From Sphaerodactylus townsendi (Eukaryota): a DNA stretch of 64,000 bases. Below are positions 1-12,740 of this stretch, piece by piece (position 1 is the first letter of the stretch; each line of letters starts with the position of its first letter). A program made the position numbers and the translations under genes. The notes beneath the pieces were generated by a model, which worked only from the letters and a program-made list of their open reading frames with translations, ran no database searches and was not told where the DNA came from. The stretch is taken from the NCBI RefSeq assembly GCF_021028975.2, contig NC_059425.1:156240001-156304000 (forward strand), given 5' to 3'.

Positions 1-700
1 CCATAATCTATGCTTCCCTTATCAGTGATTAAAATACATGATCTTCTGAGTGCGGAATCAAGCACCAAGATTGGTGAATAATTTTTCCATGTTTATTTTG
101 CTGCACGCCAACAGGAAGAAAAATCAGTTTCTTCAGAGGCAGCATAATCACTCCATTTGTGCTGCATCTACTTTGTGAAACAAATGGATATACAGTACAT
201 CATAGTATTTGGGGAAGTCCCTGAATGAATGTTGTTATTACAAAACTCATTATCAGCAGGAATGCAAAACATCAGTATCCACAGTCACCTAAAAGATTGG
301 ACCAGACCAGAAGGTAAATTTCGTATCCTCCAATGTGTCCTGCTTTTTGCAGGTTTCATATTCTGGCTCATCACACATCCCTTTCAATCTAGAGGTTTTT
401 CTCCACACTTATTTCAGTCTTCATATGGTGTCTAATCATTTTTTTCCCTTTTTGATAAAATAAAAACATTGGGGATTTCAATAGTCGCTTCACTTTTTTA
501 AAAAAGAGGAGGAAAGGTAGGTAATCCCTACGTTCTTCAATATTCATTCGTCTCTCTAACTCTCTTTTCTCTTTCTCCATTCTTTCCATGAGTTGCCTTT
601 CTTACACTATATTCACTATCTCCTCCGTTCCTATTCAGTTCCACACTCTATATTTCATCTCTTTCTAATTCTAGAATATTTATTCACAAATAGTTCCATC

Positions 701-1092
701 CAGTGGTGGGATCCAAACATTTTAGTAACAGGTTCCCATGGTGGTGGGATTCAAACTGTGGCGTAGCGCCAATGGGGCTGGGCGGGGCACGACAGGGGCG
801 TGGCCGGGCATTGCAGGGGTGGGGCATTCCTGGGTGGGGTTGTAGCAAGGACGCAGCCACTGCGCCGGTCCTTGGGCGGGAAACGAATGCATGCAGGCGC
901 AGGCTGCCACGCACACCGGTGCACCTCCTGCTAGACTGCTTCAAGTTCTGCGCACTACTGCTGAGAGGAGGGGCGTAACTAAGGCAAAAATCATGTGGCA
1001 AAATCACCAATTAGTAACACCCTCTCGGCACACACAAATAATTAGTAACCTACTCTTGGGAACCTGTGAGAACCTGCTGGATCCCACCTCTG
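701..1092. mobile_element. Non-autonomous hAT DNA transposon (MITE)
   Basis: TIRs CAGTGGTGGGATCCA / TGGATCCCACCTCTG; perfect 8-bp TSD GTTCCATC at 693-700 and 1093-1100. Confidence 0.9.
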
Positions 1093-1193
1093 GTTCCATC
1101 CCTTGATCTTTTTTCTTCTACCTTATTCTTAATTATTTCTGAAAGGTTTTATTTTCATCTCTATTTTACAAATATTTCTTATATGAAGATTAC

Positions 1194-1633
1194 CAGCCCA
1201 ATCTCAAGGGGGGCTGAATCCGCTTGTGGGAGCAGTGCCGCACCAGTGGATTTGCCATCCCTGGGGCACTTCTCCCAGCAGAGGGGTGAATCCACCGCCA
1301 TGCAGCCACTGTGGCCCTCCCCGGTGCTGGGATGCAGCACCAGACACGATGCCAGAGTCACAGCACCCCCGCCACTGCCACCCAGTGTAGCAGGGCCATG
1401 ACTGGGGGAAGAGCTGACAATAGTTGGCTTCCTCCCTGCCATTTGCCGCCTTACTACGATAGCCAATACTTTAGACTTAAGCCACTGAAAAGGTGGCATA
1501 AGTCTAATGAGTCCCATGGAGGTTTCTCAGAAGTCAGGAGGCTTTTTTGCTTTGTGAGCTTCCCCAGGAAGCCTCTGTGAGAGCAGCGCGGCTGTGGTGC
1601 CCCAGCTGACCACCTGGCTGTTGGATGGGGCTG
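1194..1633. mobile_element. MITE-like repeat of the 'CAGCCCAATCC...GGATTGGGCTG' family
   Basis: Degenerate inverted ends cagcccaatc / ggatggggctg; related copies at ~4186-5993, 16770-17045, 27170-27710, 42880-43110, 46330-46540 and 48210-48440. Confidence 0.6.
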
Positions 1634-4455
1634 CCCAACCTCTTGCAGATGTTAAGTCCTAGTTTTTTCTTTCTTCTGATCTGTGTTATCTGTATTCAAG
1701 TTGTCTCAGAAGCTGGTTCGCAAGGTAAAACATGAGGTTACTGAGAAGTGGAGGAATTCTTACATAGTTCTGACCTTTGGCTCCAACATACAAGTTATTC
1801 CACCATACAATTTTCACTCAAATATAAATGTGACTATCTGCTATGCAGTATATAACTTATCATTAAAATGTGTTGATTGTTAAAAATGTGTCCAGAGGGA
1901 ATCTAGGGAATTACAGAACAGGTAAAATAGGGAAAAAAATTAAAGATAATTGGAATTATTTGTTCATAAATTATTTGGAATTGAGAGCGAACAGTATAAT
2001 GGCTGAGTATGAAGATGATATCGGATTAATCAGGATTGTGCAAATCAAGACAGATTGTGAAGGAGAATTTCTCCTAATTGGATGAGTGAGCAACAACATG
2101 CAAATGTAGATACTAATTTATGATAAGCACTGTAAGCAATGGCTTCTGGTCTGTCAGGTTACTGAATATATGTCCATACAAATAATGACAGAACTCTGTA
2201 GCCTAAAATTAATGGAAATTGTTTTTCTCAACAGGTGGCATGAATTTGGATGCAAATTGTTAATCTCTGAGTCACCCATAATATCCATGGGACAAGACTG
2301 CTTCCATACCATATGGAGAGTTATCTCAGGCTGATTTTGCACAGTAATGCCCCGTACTAAATCTGGGAGCACAGCTACCGCGGCGCTCTTTACCCTGCTG
2401 TTGACTTTGCACTGTTCCCTGGCTCTCCTCCACTTATACTGCGAGGTCTTCGGCAATGTCTTTTATGAATCCCCCCCCTCCCCACTCACTTCCACCAATT
2501 TAGTTGACTCTGCACAAAACAGGTGTTGGGAATCGGCACCCTCACCCCCCAGTCTAAAATCCCTTAACGTGCGTGGGAATCCAACCCCCATCTAAACTCC
2601 TTGCATGTGCAAGGGAATCGCCGCCCTCCTGTTCGCAGAACCTTCACACGCCGCTTCTCTGCAAGTTTTCTCAAGGTTTTTGCAACATTTTGCAAACTTT
2701 CTCCCTCCATGTTTTTAATTCCACTGCAAGGGAGGAAGGCGCCTGTTCATTGGAGGGGCAGGGAAAGAAAATGACCTGCTGTTCTGCTGCCGAGGAGGTT
2801 TCTCAACAGTGGAAGCCACCAGAGCAACAGAGGGGCATTCCTAAAGGTCCCCAATCTTTGTGGTTCTTGAAAGTCCCATAGCAAAGCCACTGCTGTGGGG
2901 CAGCACCAGGGCAACAGTGTGCCAGACACGCTGCAGCACCGGGTGCTGTGGAGAACTCCCCATTGCGCCAGGGCATTCCCCGTGCCAATAACAGGGCAAC
3001 TTTGCACAAAACTTTGCACAAAAAATGTGACTGGAGCTCAACCACACTACCTTCCGTGATACATTAACTGCTATCCTCTAATAGCATCAGTACACACAAT
3101 TTGGTGGATGCATATAAGGGAAAAAACCCTGTTGCTTCAAGCTCAGACACTGAGCTTTTATACAGAATGGGCTATTAAATACAAGGCAGATACTTTCTGC
3201 TTTAATAATGGAGTCCAGACATTATGATCTATAGAGAACAATTCATAAGGAACATTTACTCCCATCAAGCTTTAACTTCAATGTCTGGAGCTTTCTTGGC
3301 ATTACCTTTGAAGATGTCTTTAGCCACTGTGTTTTATTCAAAGAGCAACACAAATTCTGTGATCTGTTTAGATACTATGCTACTACTGGAGGCAGGTCAG
3401 GAACATCACAATTCACCTCCAAATTAAGAGTAATATCTAAATAGATCATAGAACTTAGGTTGTTGTTTGAAAAATCACAGGGGACAAAGATATTCCCAAA
3501 CCATATCCCAAATGTATGAACAATTAGCAAATTATCCAGCTTCTGAATCACAAACAGATATAATTTGGAAATGACTATAATCCCAGCTAAGAATGCAAAT
3601 AAATCTTGTATTTGGATGCAGACTCAACTTTGTGATCTTGACAACAGCCATTTTGTAAATGGTGTAAGATTCAATGGACCCCTCCTGACAATGGTGTAAG
3701 ACTAAATGAACCCCTCCTGACAATTTGTGGAACACCATTTCATAAGACAGCAGCTGTCACAATAAAAGCTAAAAAATGGACAGTGGCACTTCTAACAAAC
3801 AGATTAACAAAAGCTGTTGCACATACAGGAAGAGAGAATCTTTAGGTAATTAGGTTCCTGATAATGAAGGACTCTAAAAGATTTTTTTAAAAGCACCTTG
3901 AGCAGAAACCAAAAGGAAACAATGTAAAGGTGCACAAAACAGCTACCCCAAGTAAGTAATCAGGCTGCAACATTTTGTATCACTTGAAGTTTCTGGGTTC
4001 AAACGCAGCCCACATAGTGTATCACAATACTCCAGTCCTGAGATTACTGCAGTAGGGATCCACATGGATAGATGGACATAACACATAGATTAACATCCTG
4101 TGGGAATAGGGTGGGATACAAATTTGAATAAATAAATAAACAAGCAAATAAATAAACAAGCAAATAAACAAACAAACAAATAAATGCAGCCTCATCCACA
4201 GCCCAAGGTGCCAGGATGCAGAGGGTAGCACAGGGAGCTGGAAAAGACAACAAACTTTCTTGGCCAGCCAGGAGCCCTCTATGGGGCCAAAAGGACTCAC
4301 ACCATCCTTTTGCTGGCATAAGGCCAAGAATCCAGCCATGGTGTCTGCAGTGCAAAAGCCCAGATGGGATCCAACTATAGCCATGTCCACCCCTGGAAAT
4401 ATCCCAATTCACCCTCCCCCCAAATGCAGTGGCATCTGATCAGACACCAATGCAG

Positions 4456-5941
4456 TCTCCCACTCCATTTAACTTTTATATTAATGGCATAGTGGAAGAG
4501 CTAAGAAACATGGATACACACCCTCCTGAGCTTGCCATACGGCATTTGTCCATTCTGCTATATGCTGATGATGCAATTCTGTTGGCCAGAACACCTCTTG
4601 GTCTCAAAAGAGAGCTATATACCTTTACAGCATACTGTGAGAAAGAAGACCTCACAATTAATTTTGATAAAACTAAGGTGATATCTTTTGGCAAACAACC
4701 TTAAAAAAGGAACTGGAAAGTGAGAGGAAAGGAAATAAAGCAAGTTGATCAATTCAAATATTTGGTGGTCGCGGTCCAGTCAACAGGCTCAAATGCTGAG
4801 CATATAAAAATGGTGTCTTAAAATGCAGAACGGACAATAGGTTCAGCCTTAAAATTTTTCTGCACCAAGGGCGTCCATTTCGTTCCTGTTGTCTTGAAAA
4901 TTCTAACAAGCTAAAATCCTGCCTCAGCTTACATATGGCATATATTATAATAAAAAACAGACACAGGTAACAATGTTAGAGAGGACGCAAAACAAGTTTT
5001 TGAGATCTATCCTGCAGGTTTCACCTGGTGTTCCAAACACTTTTCTTAGACTGGAGACTGGACAAGTGAAAGTTGAAGGGAAATTTTTTCTTTTATTACA
5101 GTTTATCAATGACTGAAAGTATTTCTAAGTAGCAAAGGACTTTGGCCTCTAATAGCACAAGATCCTTTTCAACCCAGATGGATGCGAGAGATCAAGGAAG
5201 ACCTGAATAAGAGAGAGTTTTCTCTAAGCACGCTCTAAGTCAAAATCTATCTATATATAAAAGTGCTATTAAGCAGAGAGTGGAAGACACAGCCCACCAA
5301 CAAGACTTGGCAGCGCTCCCCCATTTCAGTCTTAAGGCATCACATAAATATATCTTGAATCCTTATCTTTATGATCTGGATATTCAGTCACTTAGGAGAG
5401 CTTTTACACTTGCTAGATGTGATGCTCTTCCATCTGCAATGTTAGATGGTATAAGAAAACACCGTACATTGATAGGCACTGCACATGTGAGACGGCGGAA
5501 ATAGAGACCCTGTCACATATTTTTCTACGATGTCCCCTGCATAAGGTGGTGAGGGCAAAGATGTTTAGCTCTCTCCCAATAGCAACTATCTGGTTCAGAG
5601 GAAGGCTGTATGAAAAGGCTTCTAGAAGATGACAGTCCTAAGATCACAAGAGTGGTGGCGAAGTTCAGTGCCTATATTGTTAAAAGACATAGGGATAAAC
5701 AGGGTAATTTAAACACAAATTAATGGTAGGCTATTTGGATTATCAATTTTATATCTTGGTTTTATACATCACTCGTGCTATCAGTTTTGATTTTATCTTA
5801 TGGTTTTAACATTTTGCATTTGTAAAAATTTTGCAGTTTAAATAATGTTCCCAAATTTTATTTGGAATTGTATATTGTAGTTTTATACCCTGTATTTAAT
5901 AATTTCTGGTCTCCAACTGCAATAAAGCTGACTGATTGATT
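4456..5941 (+). mobile_element. 5'-truncated, decayed non-LTR retrotransposon (RTE-X-like LINE): RT, C-terminal CCHC region and 3' tail
   Basis: ORF 4429-4704 has LLYADDAILL...INFDKTKV (RT core). Downstream RRAFTLARC and C-x-C...H...C zinc-knuckle remnants. AATAAA plus (TGAT)n tail at ~5921-5941. 13-bp TSD GACACCAATGCAG at 4443-4455 and 5942-5954. Confidence 0.85.
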
Positions 5942-6160
5942 GACACCAATGCAGCCTGGAACTGCCAGCCCCCTTCTGGATTGGGTGCTGCCAAGGTCTG
6001 TGGTATCCCCCCTCCCAGTTTGTCCATCCCACCAGTGCATTTGCAAAACATTCCAACATGTTGGGCAAACATCCTCACATGAGCTCTTGCCAGGTCGCCC
6101 TTTTGGCTGGGGCTGTTTATCAAAAAAAACCCAAAGTAGGCAGCACAATTCCCTCTAGGA

Positions 6161-6589
6161 CAGTGATGGCGAACCTTTTTGAGACCAAGTGCCCAAATTG
6201 CAACCCAAAATCCACTTATTTATCGCAAAGTGCCAACGCGGCAATTTAACCTCAAAAACCTCCTCGAGCAGGGGCCAGCCTGCTGTAGCCTCCAGCAAGT
6301 CCCACATGCACTGCTCTGCACCTCTCTAGCATCTCTGCTGCCTCTGCGCCCCCTACCCGGGCAGCAGCCACTTGGAGCTGCTGCCTGGCACCAGGCACCA
6401 GGCCCTGCCAGCCAAGTCCTCCCTGCTCGCTGAGGTGCAAGCACATCAAGTCCCGTGGCCCAGGCCAGCCTAGATGTGTGGGGGGGGGGGCAATTTCCCC
6501 CCCCCCACGACGAACTCTGTGCACGTGTGCCTACAGAGAGGGCTCTGAGTGCCACCTCTGGCACCCGTGCCATAGTTTCGCCACCACTG
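6161..6589. mobile_element. Non-autonomous hAT DNA transposon (MITE)
   Basis: TIRs CAGTGATGGCGAA / TTCGCCACCACTG; perfect 8-bp TSD CTCTAGGA at 6153-6160 and 6590-6597. Confidence 0.9.
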
Positions 6590-6685
6590 CTCTAGGACAT
6601 GTCCCGTTTACCATTATAACTTCTTCATTATCTGGATTAATTTTCTTCTCCTTCAGCACTACTTCTGGAAGCATATTTAGAGAAA

Positions 6686-7545
6686 TGTAAAACTGGGTAT
6701 TCAGAGACTTACTTTTTGTTGGGGGGGGGGGTTAAAGCTAAGAATTCAGAGAACCTGCTTAAACTATCCATACAAAATGAAAACATTATATCCATATTTT
6801 AGAACTTCTAAAAAATTGAAATCATTGTCTTGGGGGGAGAGGGAGTAGTTTAACGGTGACAACAGTCTAATTGTTGAAAAGTGACTGGAGGTAATGGGAG
6901 TGGGCATGACAAAGAAAACTGATAAAACGTTATGCACTAGAAAAAAAGCTGACTCAATATCAGAGTCCAGAAATACAACGGAGTACAAGTAGTTTCAAAA
7001 GACCCAGGCAGGGGGTGGGGGGAGGAACATGATGGGAAAAAACTGAAGTGAAAACTAGAGGCACAAAAATATGTGCAGAAGTCAGGAGATAACAGAAGCA
7101 GTATGGGCCAGAGCTGATGGGGAAAAACATGCAGAAAAGCCCAAGATCTTAGGAGGTTCCTTGATGTCAGGGTAACATTGATGGTCTTCATCAATACATC
7201 CCCCATCTTATCTTAACAAGACTTTTCAACAGTTAACTTCTCCTCCTACCCTGATGACAAACTATACTATAATGAACATATAGGAAGAATAAGAAAGGGG
7301 GACAACATACCAAGGGCTGGAATATAGGCAGAAGGGAAAGTCTGTGACTCTTATTACCCTTGGCCAATGGGGGAACGGAGAAGGCTTTTCTCGGTCAGGA
7401 TAATAGGCTATAAATTACCATGTCCTGAATGTTTCGGAGGAGTCTGCCCTGTTTAGGGACAGCTCCCCTTTCTTTGCAAATAAATATATTTTAAAACTCT
7501 GTTCTGTTGGTTGGATGTTTGGTAAGAGAAAAAGTTGGGCACAAC
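6686..7545 (+). mobile_element. Probable solo LTR (Gypsy/ERV-like)
   Basis: TG start, TATAAA at 7409, AATAAA at 7479 followed by a GT-rich tract, end ...gggcacaac; no clean TSD, so boundaries are approximate. Confidence 0.45.
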
Positions 7546-8429
7546 GGTATTAAGATGGGAAGTGAGACTGAAAAAGGACATTTTTCACACATGCTTTGGC
7601 CTGTCCTATAATAGTTGTTTTGAACAACCACTAAATATGTTTTAGGGATACCAGTGCTTCTTTGGAGCACATTTTTGTGTGTTATTTGAAAAAGAAAGTA
7701 AATCAGCATGAGATTTAGTGTAACACCAATTCAAGATCCTTCTAAAATTAACCTCCCCAATAATTAAAATAGAATCAGCTCATATTCAACAAGTTTTTTA
7801 AAGGTGCTTATTTTGGAACATAGGGAACAAAGAATATACTGTAATAATTACAAAAGCAAGTGTGGCAAATGACTTCTGTGTTAAAGATGGTTTATTATAT
7901 TAGATTTAGAATGAAAGGCCAATTTATAGTATTGAATTTATTTGTATATTTATTTTGAATATATTTGCATATTTATTGAATATGTTTGTATATTTATTTG
8001 GGAAATGCAGTAGAACACATGGGTGTTGCAAAATGTAAAGAAATGTATTCATGTTGATTTGGACTAATTATGTTTTGTAAATTATGCATACATTTTTATC
8101 AAAATGTTCTTAAAAACTGGTACTTACAATACTGAACAAATATATCTTTGGCAAAATTATAAAATAACAGGAATGCATAGTTATGTAACAAGTTCCAAAC
8201 TGGGCTTCATTCTCACTCTCTAAAACAAATTAATCTAGCATTCAAAATCTATATGGCAGGATTCAGAAGCTAAAATCAAAGAGCTGGAATTAACATATGA
8301 ATGCCAGCATTCAAATATTGACACTTAGATGCCTGACTGCCGAAGCCATTTACTATTTGAATATTTAGTTTTTTAAAAGAATCACTAGATTTTTAAAAGT
8401 GTTAAATCGACTCACAGACTGTCTATCTT

Positions 8430-9400
8430 GGCAAGAAAGTGAAGCATAGGGCAAGGAGACTGAATGGCCACCCAATCAAACAGGGGTCAACATTTAAGTA
8501 TTTAGGGGTGGTCTTCCAGGCCTCCGGTTTAAAGAAAGCACATATTTATGCAGCAGCCAATGCTGAGCAAAAGTCCACATTAAATATTATTAAATTTTTG
8601 TGGACAAGGGATGGACACTATTCCTGTAGCCCTAAAACTTTTTCAAGGTAAGTCAGTGGTCCAAATGTTATATGGGGCCATCTCCATCTTCTCTTACCCC
8701 ACCCCCTTGAGTGCACCCAGACAAAATTCTTAACAGCTGCCTTGCAAGTCCCTCACTGTGTGTCAAATGCCATGCAGTGGTTAGAGATGGGCATGATTAG
8801 AATAAAAGCTAGGGAATGCTTTGACTTGCTCAACCTTTGGATAAAGTTAAATTTTCAACGTTTAGCCCTTTTAATGTTAATAGATGATTTCTAGTCTGCA
8901 TGGCTCAAGGCTGTTAGCAGTAGGATAGCTAGTTTGAGTTTTACTCCATCTGCTCTTCTGAGTATGGGTCATGATCAGACAAAGCAGATAATAATTGGAT
9001 ATAGAACGACAATCAAACATAGGGAGAGTTCCATTCTTCCAGTCTCCTGCCAACAGTAGATACGTAGTTACTGTTGCTTCCTACCTAGGTCAATTAGAGC
9101 TTTACAGCCACAGGAAGGCCTTTTTTACTCTCGCAAGATGTAATTCTTTACCTTTAAAAAAGTCCCCATAGCAAAAAGTGGGGTTTTTTTTGTGGTAGGA
9201 GAGAGGTTGTTTTATACTCTACCATGATGCCCAGGTCAAATTAATTACCCCATTGCCCAATAACAACCATACATAAGACGGTTACTGGAGGATGGGAATC
9301 CAAAAATTATAGCATCTCTAGCTAGGTTTTGTGCAGTTGTTTGTAAAATTCATTGAATGGCATTGAGTTAGATATAGGCAACAATTAGGATATTTTGATA
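8430..9400 (+). mobile_element. Decayed RTE-X-like LINE fragment (post-RT region and 3' end)
   Basis: ORF 8439-8651 IKQGSTFKYLGVVFQASG is homologous in style to the 4456-5941 copy; many stops and frameshifts. Confidence 0.7.
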
Positions 9401-9426
9401 CATTTTAAGACCTACACACATATATA

Positions 9427-9821
9427 CCGTATATATTCGAGTATAAGTTGACTTTTTCAGCATATTTTTGTGCTGAAAAAGCCCCCCTCGACTTATACTC
9501 AAGTAAGGTGGGGAGGAAAAGCCGGCCAGGCTGGATCCGAGCCTGGTGCAGGCTGCAGAGATCCCCTCCCCACCTCCATCGGAGACCCCACAGGGCCTTG
9601 GATGGAGGTGGGGAGGGAAGCCAGCCAGGCTGCACCCTGCACAGGGCTTGGATTAAGGCTGGATCCAAGCCCTGCGCAGGCTGCTGCGATTCCCTTGTTG
9701 TCCAGTTCTTATGTGGATTTCCCACCCTAGGCTTATACTCGAGTCAGTAAGTCTTCCCAGTTTTTTGTGGTAAAATTAGGTGCCTCGGCTTATATTTGGG
9801 TCGACTTATACTTGAGTATAT
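9427..9821. mobile_element. Tc1/mariner-pogo (Tigger-like) MITE
   Basis: TA|CCGTATATATTCGAGTATAAG left TIR; inverted GTCGACTTATACTTGAGTATAT right TIR, whose tip is lost where the Penelope fragment begins. Confidence 0.75.
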
Positions 9822-10066
9822 TCCTATTGACCTTGCTATCTCCATTGTTACTCACATGCTACACTTCATTGTTACTCACTTGCCAGGCCACTCCTATTCA
9901 GATGCCCTCACCTATTGACCTTTACTCACAGATATATATACTCCACTTGGTTTCCTTTCCTACTATCAGATCCTCTGAAGATGCCAGCCACAGATGCAGG
10001 TGAAACGTCAAGAGAGAATGCTGCTAGAACACGGCCATACAGCCCGGAAACCACACAGCACCCCGG
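9822..10066 (+). mobile_element. Penelope-like element pseudo-LTR fragment with a minimal hammerhead ribozyme core
   Basis: TCCT-CTGAAGA-T-GCC..GGT-GAAA-CGTC at 9971-10009; near-identical to the arms of the 54816-55003 palindrome. Confidence 0.75.
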
Positions 10067-10329
10067 TAAATGTATTAATTGTAAAAAAAATTAAGCCTTT
10101 TAAACAATAAATAAATTGTAAAAATGTATGTATGTATGTATGTATGTTGATGTGCGTGTGTGCATGAGAGAGAGAGAGAGATATCTTATAATTCATTGAA
10201 TTTGCTAATCTAAAACTGAAAAAATAAATTGATTGGTCTCTCATCTGATGTCACTTTCTTTAAGTGTGTCAATTAAACAACACATGGTCACATCTTTATT
10301 TTTAGCCTACTATGAGGAACAGGCCATGA

Positions 10330-10538
10330 TCTGAATGGCCCAGGCTAGACTGATCTCATCCAGTCTCAGAAGCTAAGCAGGGCCAGTCCTTGTTAGTATT
10401 TTTGATGGGAAACTACCAAGGAATACTTGGGCTGCTATGCAAAAAAAGGCAGTGGCAAACCACCTCTATTAGTCTCTCGCTTTGAAAACCCCACAGAAAG
10501 TCACCATTAAGTTGCTGCAATTTGACAGCACTTTACCC
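10330..10538 (+). mobile_element. 5S rRNA-derived SINE with RTE/BovB-type 3' tail (5S-Sauria-like)
   Basis: Head resembles 5S rRNA (gatctcatc..gaagctaagcagggcc..gttagta..gatggga). Tail ggcaaaccacct..ttgaaaacccc..tgacagcact is shared with the RTE-tailed SINEs in this window. Confidence 0.75.
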
Positions 10539-10590
10539 ATTCACAAGAAATAGAGAATATTACATATACTCAGAATGTACGTTAAAATAC

Positions 10591-10964
10591 CTGTTAAAAA
10601 CAGGCAAGGCCTTTAACAATGTAGTTCTTCCTTGCACGAAAGAGTAGCTTCACGCAAACATTGGGCCTGAATCAAATCAAGGCAAGGTCATTCAAGAATT
10701 TGTTTCATGCCATTCATGTTAAAAATGTAATCGGTATGACATTAAATGACAGCAGTGGGCAGACTGATGATATTTTCTTCAAGATTTCAGGATAATTTTC
10801 ATTTCCTATCCAAATCCAATAAGTGCCTGTTTAAAGAAAATATTCTGTTCAAAATTAGAGTGCAGACCTTGACCAAAAACCACCTCTGCTCGGTCTCCTG
10901 GAATGTAGTCTCATCTAAGATTATAAACTTCCCTGTTTCTTTGGGTCCAATCTTCCAGCAGCTC
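10591..10964 (-). other. Candidate minus-strand exon(s) of an unidentified host gene (10868-10964; 10591-10826)
   Basis: Pyrimidine-rich acceptors ttttcctgcttcatttcctAG| (10964) and attttctttaaacAG| (10826); donors AAG|GTCTGC (10868) and CAG|GTATTT (10591); non-repetitive sequence; no recognisable protein. Confidence 0.35.
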
Positions 10965-11034
10965 CTAGGAAATGAAGCAGGAAAATGGTACTGCAGACTG
11001 GTCACCAGCTTGCTAGGTGTCCATTACTATAGAG

Positions 11035-11110
11035 CCGTGGTGGCAAATCCTTGGCACTCCAGATGTTAGGGACTACAATTCCCATCAGCCCCTGCCAGCA
11101 TGGCCAATTA
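11035..11110 (+). mobile_element. hAT MITE end fragment
   Basis: gtggtggcaaa..ctccagatgtt..ggactacaattcccatcagcc motif typical of reptile hAT MITE ends. Confidence 0.45.
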
Positions 11111-11689
11111 ATTTTAGCATAACTATGGTAGTTTTTTTTTAAAAAAAACAACCCTTGATACTTGCTCCAGAAATAGATGTTCAGTCCTAAAAATCACAAG
11201 AATGAGGTTCATGGAACACATCTTTCCTGAACTTCCAGATACTTGCTGTCACAACAAATGTCTCCAAATAGGAAGAGGAATACAAACAGTAATAAGTGGC
11301 AAAGGATACTACCTAGGACCACCCATGTATGTCCATTACGCAAATAATTTGTTTTTGCAATCAAAGGAAATATCAAACTTGTTGATGAGTTGTCTGTTTT
11401 GTTCTAATAAATTAAATGCATTAGAATGCTTGACCGTTATTTGATATTTTGTCCTTACTTTATCAATATCTTGACCAAATATTTTTTACCAGCCAAATGT
11501 TCAGCATTTCTATGAATTGCCTATATACACCTGAATCACATTACATTGCAGGTGCAGTGAGAACAGCAAAATACTCCTCCATCCATCAAGTAGAGAACTC
11601 AGACAGGTTAATTGTCAAACTGTGTAAAGTGGCCCAGGTTGTAGCCAACATCAATCATTACAAGTTGGAAATCTGTTATCTGTGGTAAA

Positions 11690-12005
11690 TCTGGATCAAT
11701 GTTCATCGCCATCTCCACACCAAATCTGGGCAAGGGCATCTCTGGAAACATCATTAGCAAATGCCTCAAGACCTGTATATAGAGGCATACAAGACACAAA
11801 ACCACAAAAATTCCAGCAGGAATAACAGCACACTCAGTTCGATGTGCAGCAACTAGCACAGCCCTAGTTAAAAACGCATAAGTTGAAGAAATCTGTAAAG
11901 CGGCCATATTGTCATTGATCTCGATTTTTGTAAAACAGTATAATAAAATTGATGCACCCAGTTCTGCAGACAAAGCATTTGGCCACAAGATTTTACAGAA
12001 TATTC
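11690..12005 (+). mobile_element. DIRS-type retrotransposon tyrosine recombinase C-terminal relic
   Basis: Manual translation across frameshifts and a stop gives ...IPAGITAHSVRCAATSTAL..EEICKAA..IFVKQY..SADKAFGHKILQ, matching the YR HSxR...Y motifs. Confidence 0.75.
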
Positions 12006-12740
12006 ATGATCTTGAACAACGATAATCCTCCCTTTTCTCTGGGAACACTGTTCGGAGAGGTCTCACAAGATGTCCTCTGATTAATGGGAGAACAACTGTT
12101 GGCAACTTGTGAATGGTTCTTCTCCTCTGGGCTTAGGAGGTCATCTAACCAAGTCATTGTTTAAAATTCAAACAACCTTCTACTCTGTGTATATGCTATT
12201 ATGTCTTCCTGTTCTCTTTCTGTTCATTGTTGTTTCTAATTAATGGTTTATGACAAGTTATTAGTTATAGTTTTGTAGTGCTTTGATTGCTATCTGGAGT
12301 ATCCAAGTGGAAAAAATCGGGCAGTCTCATTTCCTGGCTCCCTTATTGGATGGTGAGAAAACACTCACAAGATGTCCTCTGCTCAGTGGGAGAAGATTCA
12401 CTTGCAACTAAGATGAAGATTTAATGCCTCTATCTTGAAAACAATCCCCCAGGACCCCTTCCCATAGACTTTAATGGAACCAACAAATTTCAGATATCCT
12501 ACCAAAAATTCCCACCCACCCCACACACAAATTTACCAGTATGGTTAAGCAGTTTTTCTCAGCTTTTCCAAAAAACTTTAGGTACAACAAACAAAAATCT
12601 GAAAAATATTGGGAAAAATTATGCATACCACTAGTGACCAAGGTGGCTTCAATCCTATAGCCAAGCTTAAAACCAAAATTAGAAATGATCTACCCATTTG
12701 CCTCATTCAGGAATGCTTAAAGTTATTTAGCTGCCACCTC

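Noticed and set aside
10330-10430. 5S rRNA gene
   Set aside because: Diverged, incomplete and fused to an RTE-type tail, so it is a 5S-derived SINE
11608-11988. 126-aa minus-strand membrane-protein-like ORF
   Set aside because: It is the antisense of the DIRS recombinase relic on +
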